From NCBI GenBank assembly GCA_050239825.1, contig JBFXGO010000001.1, forward strand, positions 73,478 to 137,477: a DNA stretch of 64,000 nt, given 5' to 3'. The translations under genes were made by a program, and so were the position numbers. The DNA comes from a bacterium. Its GTDB lineage: Bacteria; Hydrothermota; 32-111. Numbering within the stretch: the stretch's first letter is position 1; each line of letters opens with the position of its first letter. The notes below the pieces were generated by a model. That model did no database searches and had not been told where the DNA came from. It was given only the letters and a program-made list of their open reading frames with translations. Of the stretch, positions 1 through 8,519 are shown piece by piece.

Positions 1-585
1 AAACTGCTCAGAGTGCTTCAAGAGGGAGAATTCGAAAGGGTAGGCGGCAACACACCCATCAAAACAGATGTAAGGATAATAACTGCGACCCACAGAAACA
101 TTGAGCAGATGATGAAGGATAAATTGTTCAGAGAGGACCTTTACTTCCGTCTGAATGTGGTCAGCCTTGAAATCCCGAAGTTGTCTGAAAGAAAAGAAGA
201 CATAATGCTTCTGTCAGAGCATTTTTTGAAAGTATACTGCGCGGAAAATCAGAGGAAAATTTCCGGCTTTTCCAAGAGGGCAACAGAGAAACTTATGGAG
301 TATGATTATCCGGGAAATGTGAGGGAGCTTCAGAATATAGTCCAGAGAGCCGTAATACTTTCTAAAGGAATTGAAATTGAAGATGATGATATTGTCATAA
401 AACACATGCCGGCTCCAGTTGAAACCGGTGAAGGCTCTCTTGAAGATATGGTGGAAAGAATGGAAAAGAAAAGGATAGCCGAATCACTGAAAAAGAATTT
501 AAATTCGGTCAGAAAAACTGCGGAGGAATTGAAGGTCACAGAGAGAGTTTTAAGATATAAGATGGAAAAATACAATCTAAACTGA
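1..585 (+). CDS. Sigma-54-dependent transcriptional regulator (NtrC/Fis family), 5'-partial
   Basis: The frame is open from base 1 (KLLRVLQEGEFERVGG). It carries the DVRIITATHR, FREDLYFRLNV and YDYPGNVRELQN motifs and a C-terminal HTH (TAEELKVTERVLRYKMEKY). Confidence 0.92.
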   Translation, partial: KLLRVLQEGEFERVGGNTPIKTDVRIITATHRNIEQMMKDKLFREDLYFRLNVVSLEIPKLSERKEDIMLLSEHFLKVYCAENQRKISGFSKRATEKLMEYDYPGNVRELQNIVQRAVILSKGIEIEDDDIVIKHMPAPVETGEGSLEDMVERMEKKRIAESLKKNLNSVRKTAEELKVTERVLRYKMEKYNLN

Positions 586-594
586 GAGGAGAAT

Positions 595-1155
595 ATGAAA
601 ATCGGCTTAACGGCTCTTGTTCTTGCAATTGTGTTTTATGTTGTTTATCTTTTCAACAAGCTTGTAAGGCAGAAGAATTTTGTTAAAGAGGCATGGAGCG
701 GCATCGATGTTCAACTAAAGAGGCGATATAGTCTAATACCAAATCTTGTGGAGACAGTCAGAGCATACACAAAGTATGAGGGTACTGTTCTTGAAGAGAT
801 TACAAAGATTCGGCAGAAGTGCGTAGATGCTTCAAATGTAAAGGAGCAGAGCGAAGCGGAGGTGATGCTGTCATCCGGATTCAAACAGTTCTTCGCTCTT
901 GCCGAGGCGTATCCCGACCTTAAAGCGAACAGCCAGTTTATAAACCTGCAGAAGAATCTTATTGAAATAGAGGATGCAATACAATATGCACGAAGATATT
1001 ACAATGGCACTGTGAGGGATTTTAACATACTCACAGAATCGTTTCCTTCAAATATTATTGCATTATTGTTCAATTATAAAAGCAAAGATTACTTTGAAAT
1101 TACTTCCTCGACAGAAAGGGAGAATGTTTCAGCGGATGTAAAAGCGGGTAATTGA
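595..1155 (+). CDS. lemA: LemA family protein
   Basis: N-terminal TM segment; AWSGIDVQLKRR..LIPNLVETV, AEAYPDLKANSQF and ARRYYNGTVRDFN motifs; GAGGAG RBS. Confidence 0.95.
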   Translation: MKIGLTALVLAIVFYVVYLFNKLVRQKNFVKEAWSGIDVQLKRRYSLIPNLVETVRAYTKYEGTVLEEITKIRQKCVDASNVKEQSEAEVMLSSGFKQFFALAEAYPDLKANSQFINLQKNLIEIEDAIQYARRYYNGTVRDFNILTESFPSNIIALLFNYKSKDYFEITSSTERENVSADVKAGN

Positions 1156-1333
1156 GAAGGTACGTTCTTCTTCTGATATTTGCTTCAGTTTTTCTTTTCT
1201 GTCAGGATTCACAGGATAGTTTGTCATTGCAGGAAGAGAGAATTACATCCTTCCTGTCCGATGTGGTAATAAGAGAGGACGGAGTGCTTGAGGTAACCGA
1301 AACAATACGAGTTTACGAGGCGGAGGATGGTGA
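1152..1333 (+). pseudogene. DUF2207-family membrane protein remnant (large internal deletion)
   Basis: A signal peptide and ERITSFLSDVVIREDGVLEVTETIRVY resemble a DUF2207 N-terminus, in the usual position after lemA. They are joined out of frame at about 1317 to GGC GGA GGA TGG TGA (GGGW*, 1319-1333), the typical DUF2207 C-terminus. Confidence 0.75.
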
Positions 1334-1338
1334 GATGG

Positions 1339-2500
1339 TAAGACAAAATCTTACTCAACAGTGTCACCCTGAACTATTCAGTAGTTATGACTATCGTGAA
1401 GGGTCTATCAGTTTATTGTTAATTGATTATTGAAGATTGAGCTGGGGCTACACGCGGGTGTAGCGTCGGCTCACACACTCCGCTTCGCCGCTTTATCAAG
1501 ATGGGATAGCGGAGCAAGGGGACAACCACTTGATGGGCGTCTGCGCAGAGCGTCCTCGCCGACTTGTAGCTTTCGTGTATCAATAAGTTATTTAATTGAT
1601 TGAATCTTCACAAAGCATTGGCGCGGGTGTAATGTGCGCGAACGCACATGATAGACGCTTCGGGTTGCACCAGAACTTTGTGAAAATTATTGAAAAGGCA
1701 AAATCTTAATCAAAAGCTATCCCTAGTTCAAAATCACTAGTCGCAAATCAAGAAATATGAGGGGGCTGATGAATAGCATAGCGTCGGCTCGCACACTCCG
1801 CTTCGCCGCTTAATCAAAAGCTATCCCTAGTCCAAAATCACTAGTCGCAAATCAAGAAATATGAGGAGGCTGATGAATAGCGTAGCGTCGGCTCGCACAC
1901 TCCGCTTCGCCGCTTAATCAAGATGGGTTAGCGGAGCAAGGGGAGAACCACTTGATGGGCGTCTGCGCGGAGCGTCCTCGCCGACTTGTAGCTTTCACTT
2001 TCAATAAGTTAATTAATTGATTGTCCTCATGAGAAGCATTGAAAAGACGAGCGCTGTGGACAGGCTTCTCATTCGGAATTGTAAAGACAAAATCTTACTC
2101 AACAGTGTCACCCTGAACTATTCAGTAGTTATGACTATCGTGAAGGGTCTATCAGTTTATTGTTAATTGATTATTGAAGATTGAGCTGGGGCTACACGCG
2201 GGTGTAGCGTCGGCTCACACACTCCGCTTCGCCGCTTAATCAAGATGGGATAGCGGAGCAAGGGGAGAACCACTTGATGGGCGTCTTCGCGGAGCGTCCT
2301 CGCCGACTTGTAGCTTACGTGTATCAATAAGTTAATTAATTGATTGTCCTCATGAGAAGCATTGAAAAGACGAGCGCTGTGGACAGGCTTCTCATTCGGA
2401 ACTGTAAAGACAAGTCATTTAATCATCTGTCCTATTGTATTTAAACTCGCAACCCGTAACTAGAAATGGAATTATCTATCAGTTTATTGGTTATTCGCTG
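1339..2500 (+). repeat. Modular palindromic repeat array 1 (3 full 99-nt cores and 1 partial)
   Basis: Cores GTCGGC...GCCGAC at 1465-1563, 1887-1985 and 2209-2307, and a partial core at about 1783-1817. They are separated by hairpin modules that recur in arrays 2 and 3. Confidence 0.95.
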
Positions 2501-2583
2501 TAAAGTGTCAAAATGCTCTGTTTAAGCGGAGTTCGGATGATATGTGGCATTTTACCATATTTGAAAAAAAGATACCGCCCCCC

Positions 2584-2612
2584 TTGATTTTTGTAATACA
2601 ATGGTGTATAAT
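2584..2612 (+). promoter_or_regulatory. Sigma-70-type promoter
   Basis: TTGATT-N17-TATAAT upstream of the small basic ORF. Confidence 0.55.
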
Positions 2613-2775
2613 TAAGTTATATGAATTATGAAGGTTACGGGAAATTAGTAAAAAAAGCGAAAAAATTATACTATATAAATATATATAAACACAGACAAAA
2701 GGATATAAACTGATGTTTAGCTATTTTGAATCATCGTTAATTGAAAAGATCACAAATCTCAAGAAAGGAGGCACT

Positions 2776-2892
2776 ATGCCAACGAAAAAAGAGTGCACAT
2801 GCGGATGCAAGACAGCGAAGAAAGCTGCAACGAAAAAAGCAGCAGCAAAGAAGACTGTAAAGAAAGCAGTCAAAAAGACCGCAAAGAAGTAA
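2776..2892 (+). CDS. 38-aa Lys/Ala-rich histone-H1-like peptide with CxCxC (not in ORF track)
   Basis: AGGAGG RBS, then MPTKKECTCGCKTAKKAATKKAAAKKTVKKAVKKTAKK*, followed by a hairpin. Confidence 0.8.
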   Translation: MPTKKECTCGCKTAKKAATKKAAAKKTVKKAVKKTAKK

Positions 2893-2904
2893 GCAGATTC
2901 TTTT

Positions 2905-2935
2905 ATAGTCGGGGCTTTGAAAAGCCCCGCACTAT
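2905..2935 (+). terminator. Hairpin / putative intrinsic terminator
   Basis: atagt-cggggcttt-ga-aaagccccg-c-actat inverted repeat directly after the small ORF; the U-tract is weak. Confidence 0.55.
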
Positions 2936-2966
2936 TCCCCAAAAAACAAAATATAAAAAAGACAGG

Positions 2967-2994
2967 TTGATTGAATTTACTTTTGTGATATAAT
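2967..2994 (+). promoter_or_regulatory. Sigma-70 promoter, probable leaderless transcript
   Basis: TTGATT-N16-TATAAT with an extended -10 TGn. It ends 6 nt before ATG 3001 and there is no SD sequence. Confidence 0.55.
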
Positions 2995-3000
2995 CTCTGA

Positions 3001-6000
3001 ATGCTGAATTTGGTGCCTGAATTTATATTAAACAAACTAAATAAAAATGAGATGAGCGGTATTGCGGAGGGTTCTGCTTTATTTGTTGATATAAAAGGAT
3101 TCACGCACATGACGGAAACTCTGATGAAGGAAAATGACAAGGGAAGCGAAATCCTGTCTGAAATAATAAATGAAATATTCCACTCACTCATTTCTCCAAT
3201 ACACAAATATAACGGTTTCATAGCCACATTCGCCGGAGATGCATTCACCGCTATTTTCCCGGATGATACAGGGATAAACTCCGCCGGAGCTTCAATAGAT
3301 ATAGTTAGAGAGATTGAAAAGAACAGAATCAAGAAGACAGTTTTGGGGGATTTCGAGATAGCTGTAAGAATCGGCGTTTCGGCTGGAGTCATAGAATGGG
3401 CAATCGTAGGAGATGATAGTAATCTTTCATACTATTTCAAAGGGCAGACGATAGATGATGCCGCTGAGGCAGAGGCAGAGTCTCTTCCGAATGAAATCAA
3501 CCTGCATGAGTCGGTTTTAAAAAATCTGCCGGCAGATTTTTTCCAAGAAAAAGAAAATAAATATTTTCTTTTAAAGAGCAGTAAGATAAAGAAACCTTCC
3601 TTGAAGACAGAGATAATAGAGAATGACCATTTAACCGGAAAATTTTTCAACATCAAGCTGATGCCCGAGAAGTTTACCGGAGAGTTCCGCGACGCTTCAT
3701 CTCTCTTCGTTTCATTCAGGAATTATGACGCATTTGAAAAAATAAACTCTCTTATGAAGATGATAATAAATTATACAAGAGAATATAAAGGCTACTTCAA
3801 CATGATTGATTTCGGAGATAAGGGAGCGAAGGTTGTGATACTTTTCGGAGCTCCCGTATCATTCGAAAAAAACCTTGAGAGGTCTATTGAATGCGCAAAA
3901 GCGATTGTCTCTCTCGACGAAAAGAATATAAGAGCCGCTTTAACTTACGGTAGAGTATATGCCGGCTATATCGGCTCAAGAGAAAGATGTACATACACGA
4001 TACTTGGCGATAAAGTAAACATGTCTGCAAGAATTATGAGCAGTTCGCCGTACGGCGCTCTCTGGACAGAGAAACATGTGGCAGAGGAAATGAAGTGGAA
4101 GTATGTTTTTTCTGAAATAGGAGAGATTCTCTTCAAAGGGAAATCAAGAAAAGAGATGGTGTATGAGATAAAGTCAAAAAAGAATCTGAGCAGGGAGGAG
4201 ACGCTTTTTGAAAATGAAATTGTTGGAAGAGAACGAGAGGTCGGCAGAATCCAGCAAATCGTGGATGAAAAACTAATGAACGGAAAATTTGGAGGAGTTG
4301 TAAACATCTATGGCGATCCGGGAGTCGGAAAATCTCGTCTGATGTTTGAAATAATGCAGAAGAATTCCGAGGTATGCACCATTGCTCTTCTCAAAAATGA
4401 CGACATTTACAATAAAAGTTTTTTACCATTTGAGATATTTCTAAAGAAGCTTTTTGGTCAGATAAACAATGAGAGCGAAAAGCAGAGGAAAGATGAGTTT
4501 GAAAATTCATGGAAGCGGGTGATTTCTGCTTCGCCCGAATGTGAAAACAAATGGACGGATGAAGAAATCAGCCACACCAAGGATATGCTGAAAGGGTTTT
4601 TGAAAATAGCGGAAAAAGATTCACAATGGGAATCAATGGATTCCAAGCTGAAATTTGAAAATGCTGTTTTTGCCATCAAACATCTGCTTAAGATAATCTC
4701 ATTGGAAAAACCTCTTATTATCTGCGTAGAAGATATCCAGTGGCAGGATAAGGAATCAAATGAGGTGTTTAAAGTTCTTGCAAGAAAGATAGAGGATTAT
4801 CCGATTCTTGTAGTTACTACCTCACGATATTCGGATGACGGCTCAAAAATTACACTGCCTGTCGAAGCGGAGTGTCCTGTGAATGAAATTACAGTTGGCC
4901 TATTTGACCTTGAGCAGAGCAGGGATTATATTTCAAAACAGCTTATATTTTCGCCATCCGAAAATCTGATAGAGAAAATTTTTCAAAAGACAGAAGGCAA
5001 TCCTTTCTACATAGAACAGATATCTTTGTATCTTATCGAGAATGAAATCCTTGAAATAAAGAATGATGAGTATTGCCTGAAAAAGGATATTGAAGATATT
5101 CCGCAAGGGATAAATGCAATAATCATTGCGAGAATTGACAGGCTAACGAGAGAACTGAAGGAGATGGTGCAGAGCGCCGCAGTGTTGGGCAGAGAGTTTG
5201 AAATAGATGTTCTTTCGAAAATGCTTTCGGGAAGGATGGATGAAAAATCCCTTTCTGAAGGCGTCGATGAGAAAATATGGCAACCCCTAAATCAGTTGAA
5301 ATATATATTCAAGCACAACATGATGAGAGATGCGGCATACAATATGCAGTTGAAAAACAAACTGAAAGAGCTTCATCTTGTAGCGGCGAATGCTCTTGAA
5401 AGAATCCACGGAAAGGAGATGGAAAAATATGCGGATATGGCTTATCACTATGAAAAAGGCGAAGTTTTCGACAAAGCCAAATACTATTATAAAGAAACAG
5501 GAATTGAATCCAAAAATAATTTTAGAAACTATGATGCGGAAAAATATCTTCTGGCGGCATTGAAATACTCTGATGACAGGAATGAATATTTTGATCTGAA
5601 CCTTGCTCTGGGGGAGGTATACTACCAAATGGGGGAATGGGAAAAAACGAAAATTATTTACGAGAATCTTGTTTCCGGCATGAAAGAAGCGGACGATGAT
5701 ATCAGGAAAGCCAGAACATTTCTTGCCTATGGAGAACTTTTGTTTGAAAGAGGCGAAATAGAGATGTCCAAAGAATCTTTTAAAAAGGCGGAAGTGATTT
5801 TCCAGACCGCTCAAAACAGAGAGGGCATGACAATGGTGCTGATGGGAAGAGCTCAGACATGTTGGAGAGCGGGCGATCTTGACATCAGCAGGGAGCTGTA
5901 TCAAAAGGCGCTTGATATGGCTGAAGAGCTCAATAACAGCAAGTTGATAGCTGAAATACTTTTAACCATGGGCAACATCAACAAAGACAAGTGTGAATTT

Positions 6001-7050
6001 AATGAGGCGATGGAGTACTACGAAAAGTCAAAGAAGCTTTGCACGGAGAATAATCATAAAACAGGTCTCTGCGGAGTAATAGGCAACATGGGGTTGATAG
6101 AATGGATGAAGGGAAATTATGAAAAGGCTATGGATTATTTCAATGAAGAGATGGAGGTGGCAAAAACCATAGGTAGTAAATTCGTGCTTAGTTACATATA
6201 CGGAAATATGGGTTCGGTCTATTTTCACATGAACCTCTTTGACAAGGCGGAAGAGCACTATCTAAAACAGATTGCAATTGCCGAGGAGCTGGGTGAGAAA
6301 AAAAATATCAGGATTGCGCTCAACAATCTCGGCGGAGTATGCGAAATGAGAGGAGATTATGAAAAAGAGCTCGATTATTTCCAGAAGAGCCTGAAGATAG
6401 CGGAGGAGCTGAATGCGAAAATGGGAATAAGGATAGTGTTGAGCAATATAGGAAATGTGTATGGAAAGTGGGGTCAGCATGATAAATCTCTGGATTATTT
6501 CACAAGAAGCCTGAAGATCGCTGAGGAGCTGGGCGATAAAAGAGGAATTTCCATTTTGAAAATGAATCTTGCATGTTCATACAATCTTCTTGGAGATATT
6601 GAAAGGGCGGAAGAGAATATTGATGAAGCATTGAAGATAATGATTGAATACAATCTAAATCCTAATATGGCAAAAGCGCTTTTAGAAAAATCGAAAATAC
6701 TCTTTAAAAAAGAAAAGTATGATGAAGCTTTAGTTAAAATTGAAGAGGGGTTAAAAGCTCTGGAAAAAGGTGAAGTGCTCCTATCGGAGAGTGAAAGAAT
6801 AGGGCTCATTATTCTGAAGTGTCTCATGATTTCTAAAAGAAACAAGGAAGAGGGGAAAGAAAAACTTTTAGAATTGCTCAATGACGCCAAAGAAAAATCG
6901 GATATAGGCGATGTGTATAATGCATTGCTTGAAATATCAGGAGACGATTCATACAGGATTAAGGCGATTGAATCTTATGAGCAGTACTACTCATCCCATC
7001 CGGTAAAAGAAATAGAAGACAAAATAAAATCTCTCAGGAGAGAAAAATGA
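3001..7050 (+). CDS. Class III adenylate/guanylate cyclase (two cyclase domains, sAC-like) + STAND/AAA ATPase + TPR repeats
   Basis: C1: FVDIKGFT and FAGDA. C2: GDKG, LFGAP and YTILGDKVNMSARIM. Walker A GDPGVGKS, Walker B ICVEDIQW, then GNPFYIEQ and AAVLGREF, and many TPRs. Confidence 0.92.
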   Translation: MLNLVPEFILNKLNKNEMSGIAEGSALFVDIKGFTHMTETLMKENDKGSEILSEIINEIFHSLISPIHKYNGFIATFAGDAFTAIFPDDTGINSAGASIDIVREIEKNRIKKTVLGDFEIAVRIGVSAGVIEWAIVGDDSNLSYYFKGQTIDDAAEAEAESLPNEINLHESVLKNLPADFFQEKENKYFLLKSSKIKKPSLKTEIIENDHLTGKFFNIKLMPEKFTGEFRDASSLFVSFRNYDAFEKINSLMKMIINYTREYKGYFNMIDFGDKGAKVVILFGAPVSFEKNLERSIECAKAIVSLDEKNIRAALTYGRVYAGYIGSRERCTYTILGDKVNMSARIMSSSPYGALWTEKHVAEEMKWKYVFSEIGEILFKGKSRKEMVYEIKSKKNLSREETLFENEIVGREREVGRIQQIVDEKLMNGKFGGVVNIYGDPGVGKSRLMFEIMQKNSEVCTIALLKNDDIYNKSFLPFEIFLKKLFGQINNESEKQRKDEFENSWKRVISASPECENKWTDEEISHTKDMLKGFLKIAEKDSQWESMDSKLKFENAVFAIKHLLKIISLEKPLIICVEDIQWQDKESNEVFKVLARKIEDYPILVVTTSRYSDDGSKITLPVEAECPVNEITVGLFDLEQSRDYISKQLIFSPSENLIEKIFQKTEGNPFYIEQISLYLIENEILEIKNDEYCLKKDIEDIPQGINAIIIARIDRLTRELKEMVQSAAVLGREFEIDVLSKMLSGRMDEKSLSEGVDEKIWQPLNQLKYIFKHNMMRDAAYNMQLKNKLKELHLVAANALERIHGKEMEKYADMAYHYEKGEVFDKAKYYYKETGIESKNNFRNYDAEKYLLAALKYSDDRNEYFDLNLALGEVYYQMGEWEKTKIIYENLVSGMKEADDDIRKARTFLAYGELLFERGEIEMSKESFKKAEVIFQTAQNREGMTMVLMGRAQTCWRAGDLDISRELYQKALDMAEELNNSKLIAEILLTMGNINKDKCEFNEAMEYYEKSKKLCTENNHKTGLCGVIGNMGLIEWMKGNYEKAMDYFNEEMEVAKTIGSKFVLSYIYGNMGSVYFHMNLFDKAEEHYLKQIAIAEELGEKKNIRIALNNLGGVCEMRGDYEKELDYFQKSLKIAEELNAKMGIRIVLSNIGNVYGKWGQHDKSLDYFTRSLKIAEELGDKRGISILKMNLACSYNLLGDIERAEENIDEALKIMIEYNLNPNMAKALLEKSKILFKKEKYDEALVKIEEGLKALEKGEVLLSESERIGLIILKCLMISKRNKEEGKEKLLELLNDAKEKSDIGDVYNALLEISGDDSYRIKAIESYEQYYSSHPVKEIEDKIKSLRREK

Positions 7051-7562
7051 ACAGAGAGCAGAATTTCCTTCTTACGAGAAGAAGCACGAGAAAGTATTCT
7101 GACAAAGAGATTGAAAAAAAAAAGATTGAAGTTATTTTGAAAGCTGGAATGTATGCTCCGTCAGCCCACAACACTCAGCCGTGGCATTTCATTGTCATCA
7201 GAAATAAAAATCTTATGTGCGAAATATCCAAAGTGCACAGATATGCCGGCATGACAAAGAATGCATCAGCGGTGATACTTGTATGTGCTGACACTGCAAG
7301 GCAGGATGACCCCGGATACTTTTCGCAGGACTGTTCGGCGGCGACAGAGAATATACTCCTTTCTGCACACATTGAGGGCATAGGGGCATGCTGGATTGGC
7401 ATTTACCCGGTAAAGGAAAGGATGGAGAAGATTTCCGCACTTCTAAAACTCAAAAAAAATCTCGCTCCTTTCTCACTGATTGCGCTGGGTTATCCGGGAG
7501 AAACAATCGCAGGCAAAGACCCCGAAAGGTATGATAAGAAAAAGATAGAATTCGTAGATTGA
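7047..7562 (+). CDS. Nitroreductase family protein
   Basis: RRSTRKY, APSAHNTQPWHFIV, DCSAATENILLSAHIEGIGACWIG and IALGYP motifs. Confidence 0.93.
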   Translation: MNREQNFLLTRRSTRKYSDKEIEKKKIEVILKAGMYAPSAHNTQPWHFIVIRNKNLMCEISKVHRYAGMTKNASAVILVCADTARQDDPGYFSQDCSAATENILLSAHIEGIGACWIGIYPVKERMEKISALLKLKKNLAPFSLIALGYPGETIAGKDPERYDKKKIEFVD

Positions 7563-7603
7563 AATAAAATCGGGGCGACCTGTTTTACTATCAAGCAAAA
7601 AAC

Positions 7604-8422
7604 TTAAAGAAGAAACATGCTGAATATTATTATCACAAGGGAAATATACTAATGAGGACTCAGACGCTCTTTGAACATGAAGACGGATACTGTAGCAGTG
7701 ACAGAAGGGCTTGAACAGAATATCGGAGATGCCAGTGATATGGGAATTTTAACTGCCGAATAATAAAAAAGCATAAGACCCGAGGATACAAGAACGGCAA
7801 ATCCAACTGCACGACTTCCGCATTCTTTTCTCTTCTTACTGCTATTATAAATAAGGAGTCAAAAGAGAAAAAGAAAGAATTGAGTTAAAGAAAGAGAGTT
7901 CGTTAGGTTTGACTTCTAACAGCATGACTTTCGATAGAAATGCCCAGATTCCCAAGAGTAGAGTAGCGGCAAGAGTCAGAGCGAGCCACAGATACCTCTT
8001 TTTTTTCTCCTCCGCGGACCTATTGCCATCAAATGAAATTCCTATGCTTTCTGAAATTATAAGAAGCACTGCGATTCCCTGAACCACTGAAATCTTTTCT
8101 TTCAGAACAATTATTCCCAAAACAACACAGAAAATTGATGATGCAGAGAGTATCGCCGTAAGTATGGATACATCTCCATGAAGAAACGCAATTATGCAGA
8201 GCAGATAGGCGAGAATTGAAACAACCTGAACGGCAGAAAGTTTCAAAAGAAGATATTTATCCGGAAATTCGCCCCTCATGACATAAAAAAAGAGTCCATT
8301 GAGAATCAGTTGAATGATTCCGGAGATAACCATTAGACGCCCGGTTTTAGGCGCATCACTGCGTATTTTGAAAAGGCATCTGCAATACCTATAAACAATG
8401 CGGCAAGTAAGGCAAAAATCAT
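7604..8422 (-). pseudogene. EamA/DMT family transporter pseudogene
   Basis: Starts MIFALLAALFIGIADAFSK, with a frameshift at about 8335. It continues ...VLGIIVLKEKIS... to a stop at 7845, and a further hydrophobic part IPISLASPI..VFMFKERLSPH*YISLVIII contains an in-frame TAG. Confidence 0.75.
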
Positions 8423-8519
8423 TACTTCAGTATCTTGATAAAAATCAAATTGTAAAGATGTGCATATTGACAACCGATGTCTAATCATTATTATTTTAGA
8501 TAATAAAAAAGAGGAGATT

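Noticed and set aside
1152-1433. 93-aa ORF as an intact gene, or as a gene interrupted by repeat insertion
   Set aside because: Its tail is repeat sequence read in frame. The native GGGW-stop ending lies before the repeat, which indicates an internal deletion.
1548-1572. TCCTCGC resembling the HDV ribozyme L3 loop
   Set aside because: The P3 pairing is incomplete and the GG needed for P1.1 after a P1 strand is absent.
1747-1790. CTGATGA and GAAA resembling a hammerhead ribozyme core
   Set aside because: There are no stems I-III in the required arrangement, and equivalent positions in other copies read ctgctgg or ctgcacg.
1339-2500. Integron cassette array or IS/MITE with terminal inverted repeats
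   Set aside because: There are no cassette ORFs between cores, no consistent RYYYAAC/GTTRRRY ends, no terminal inverted repeats or target-site duplication, and array ends fall at different module positions.
2721-3392. 223-aa minus-strand ORF, the + strand ORF 2793-2993, and the many other short antisense ORFs in the track
   Set aside because: They are shadows of well-supported genes (the H1-like peptide, the cyclase and housekeeping genes) with no motifs or RBS.
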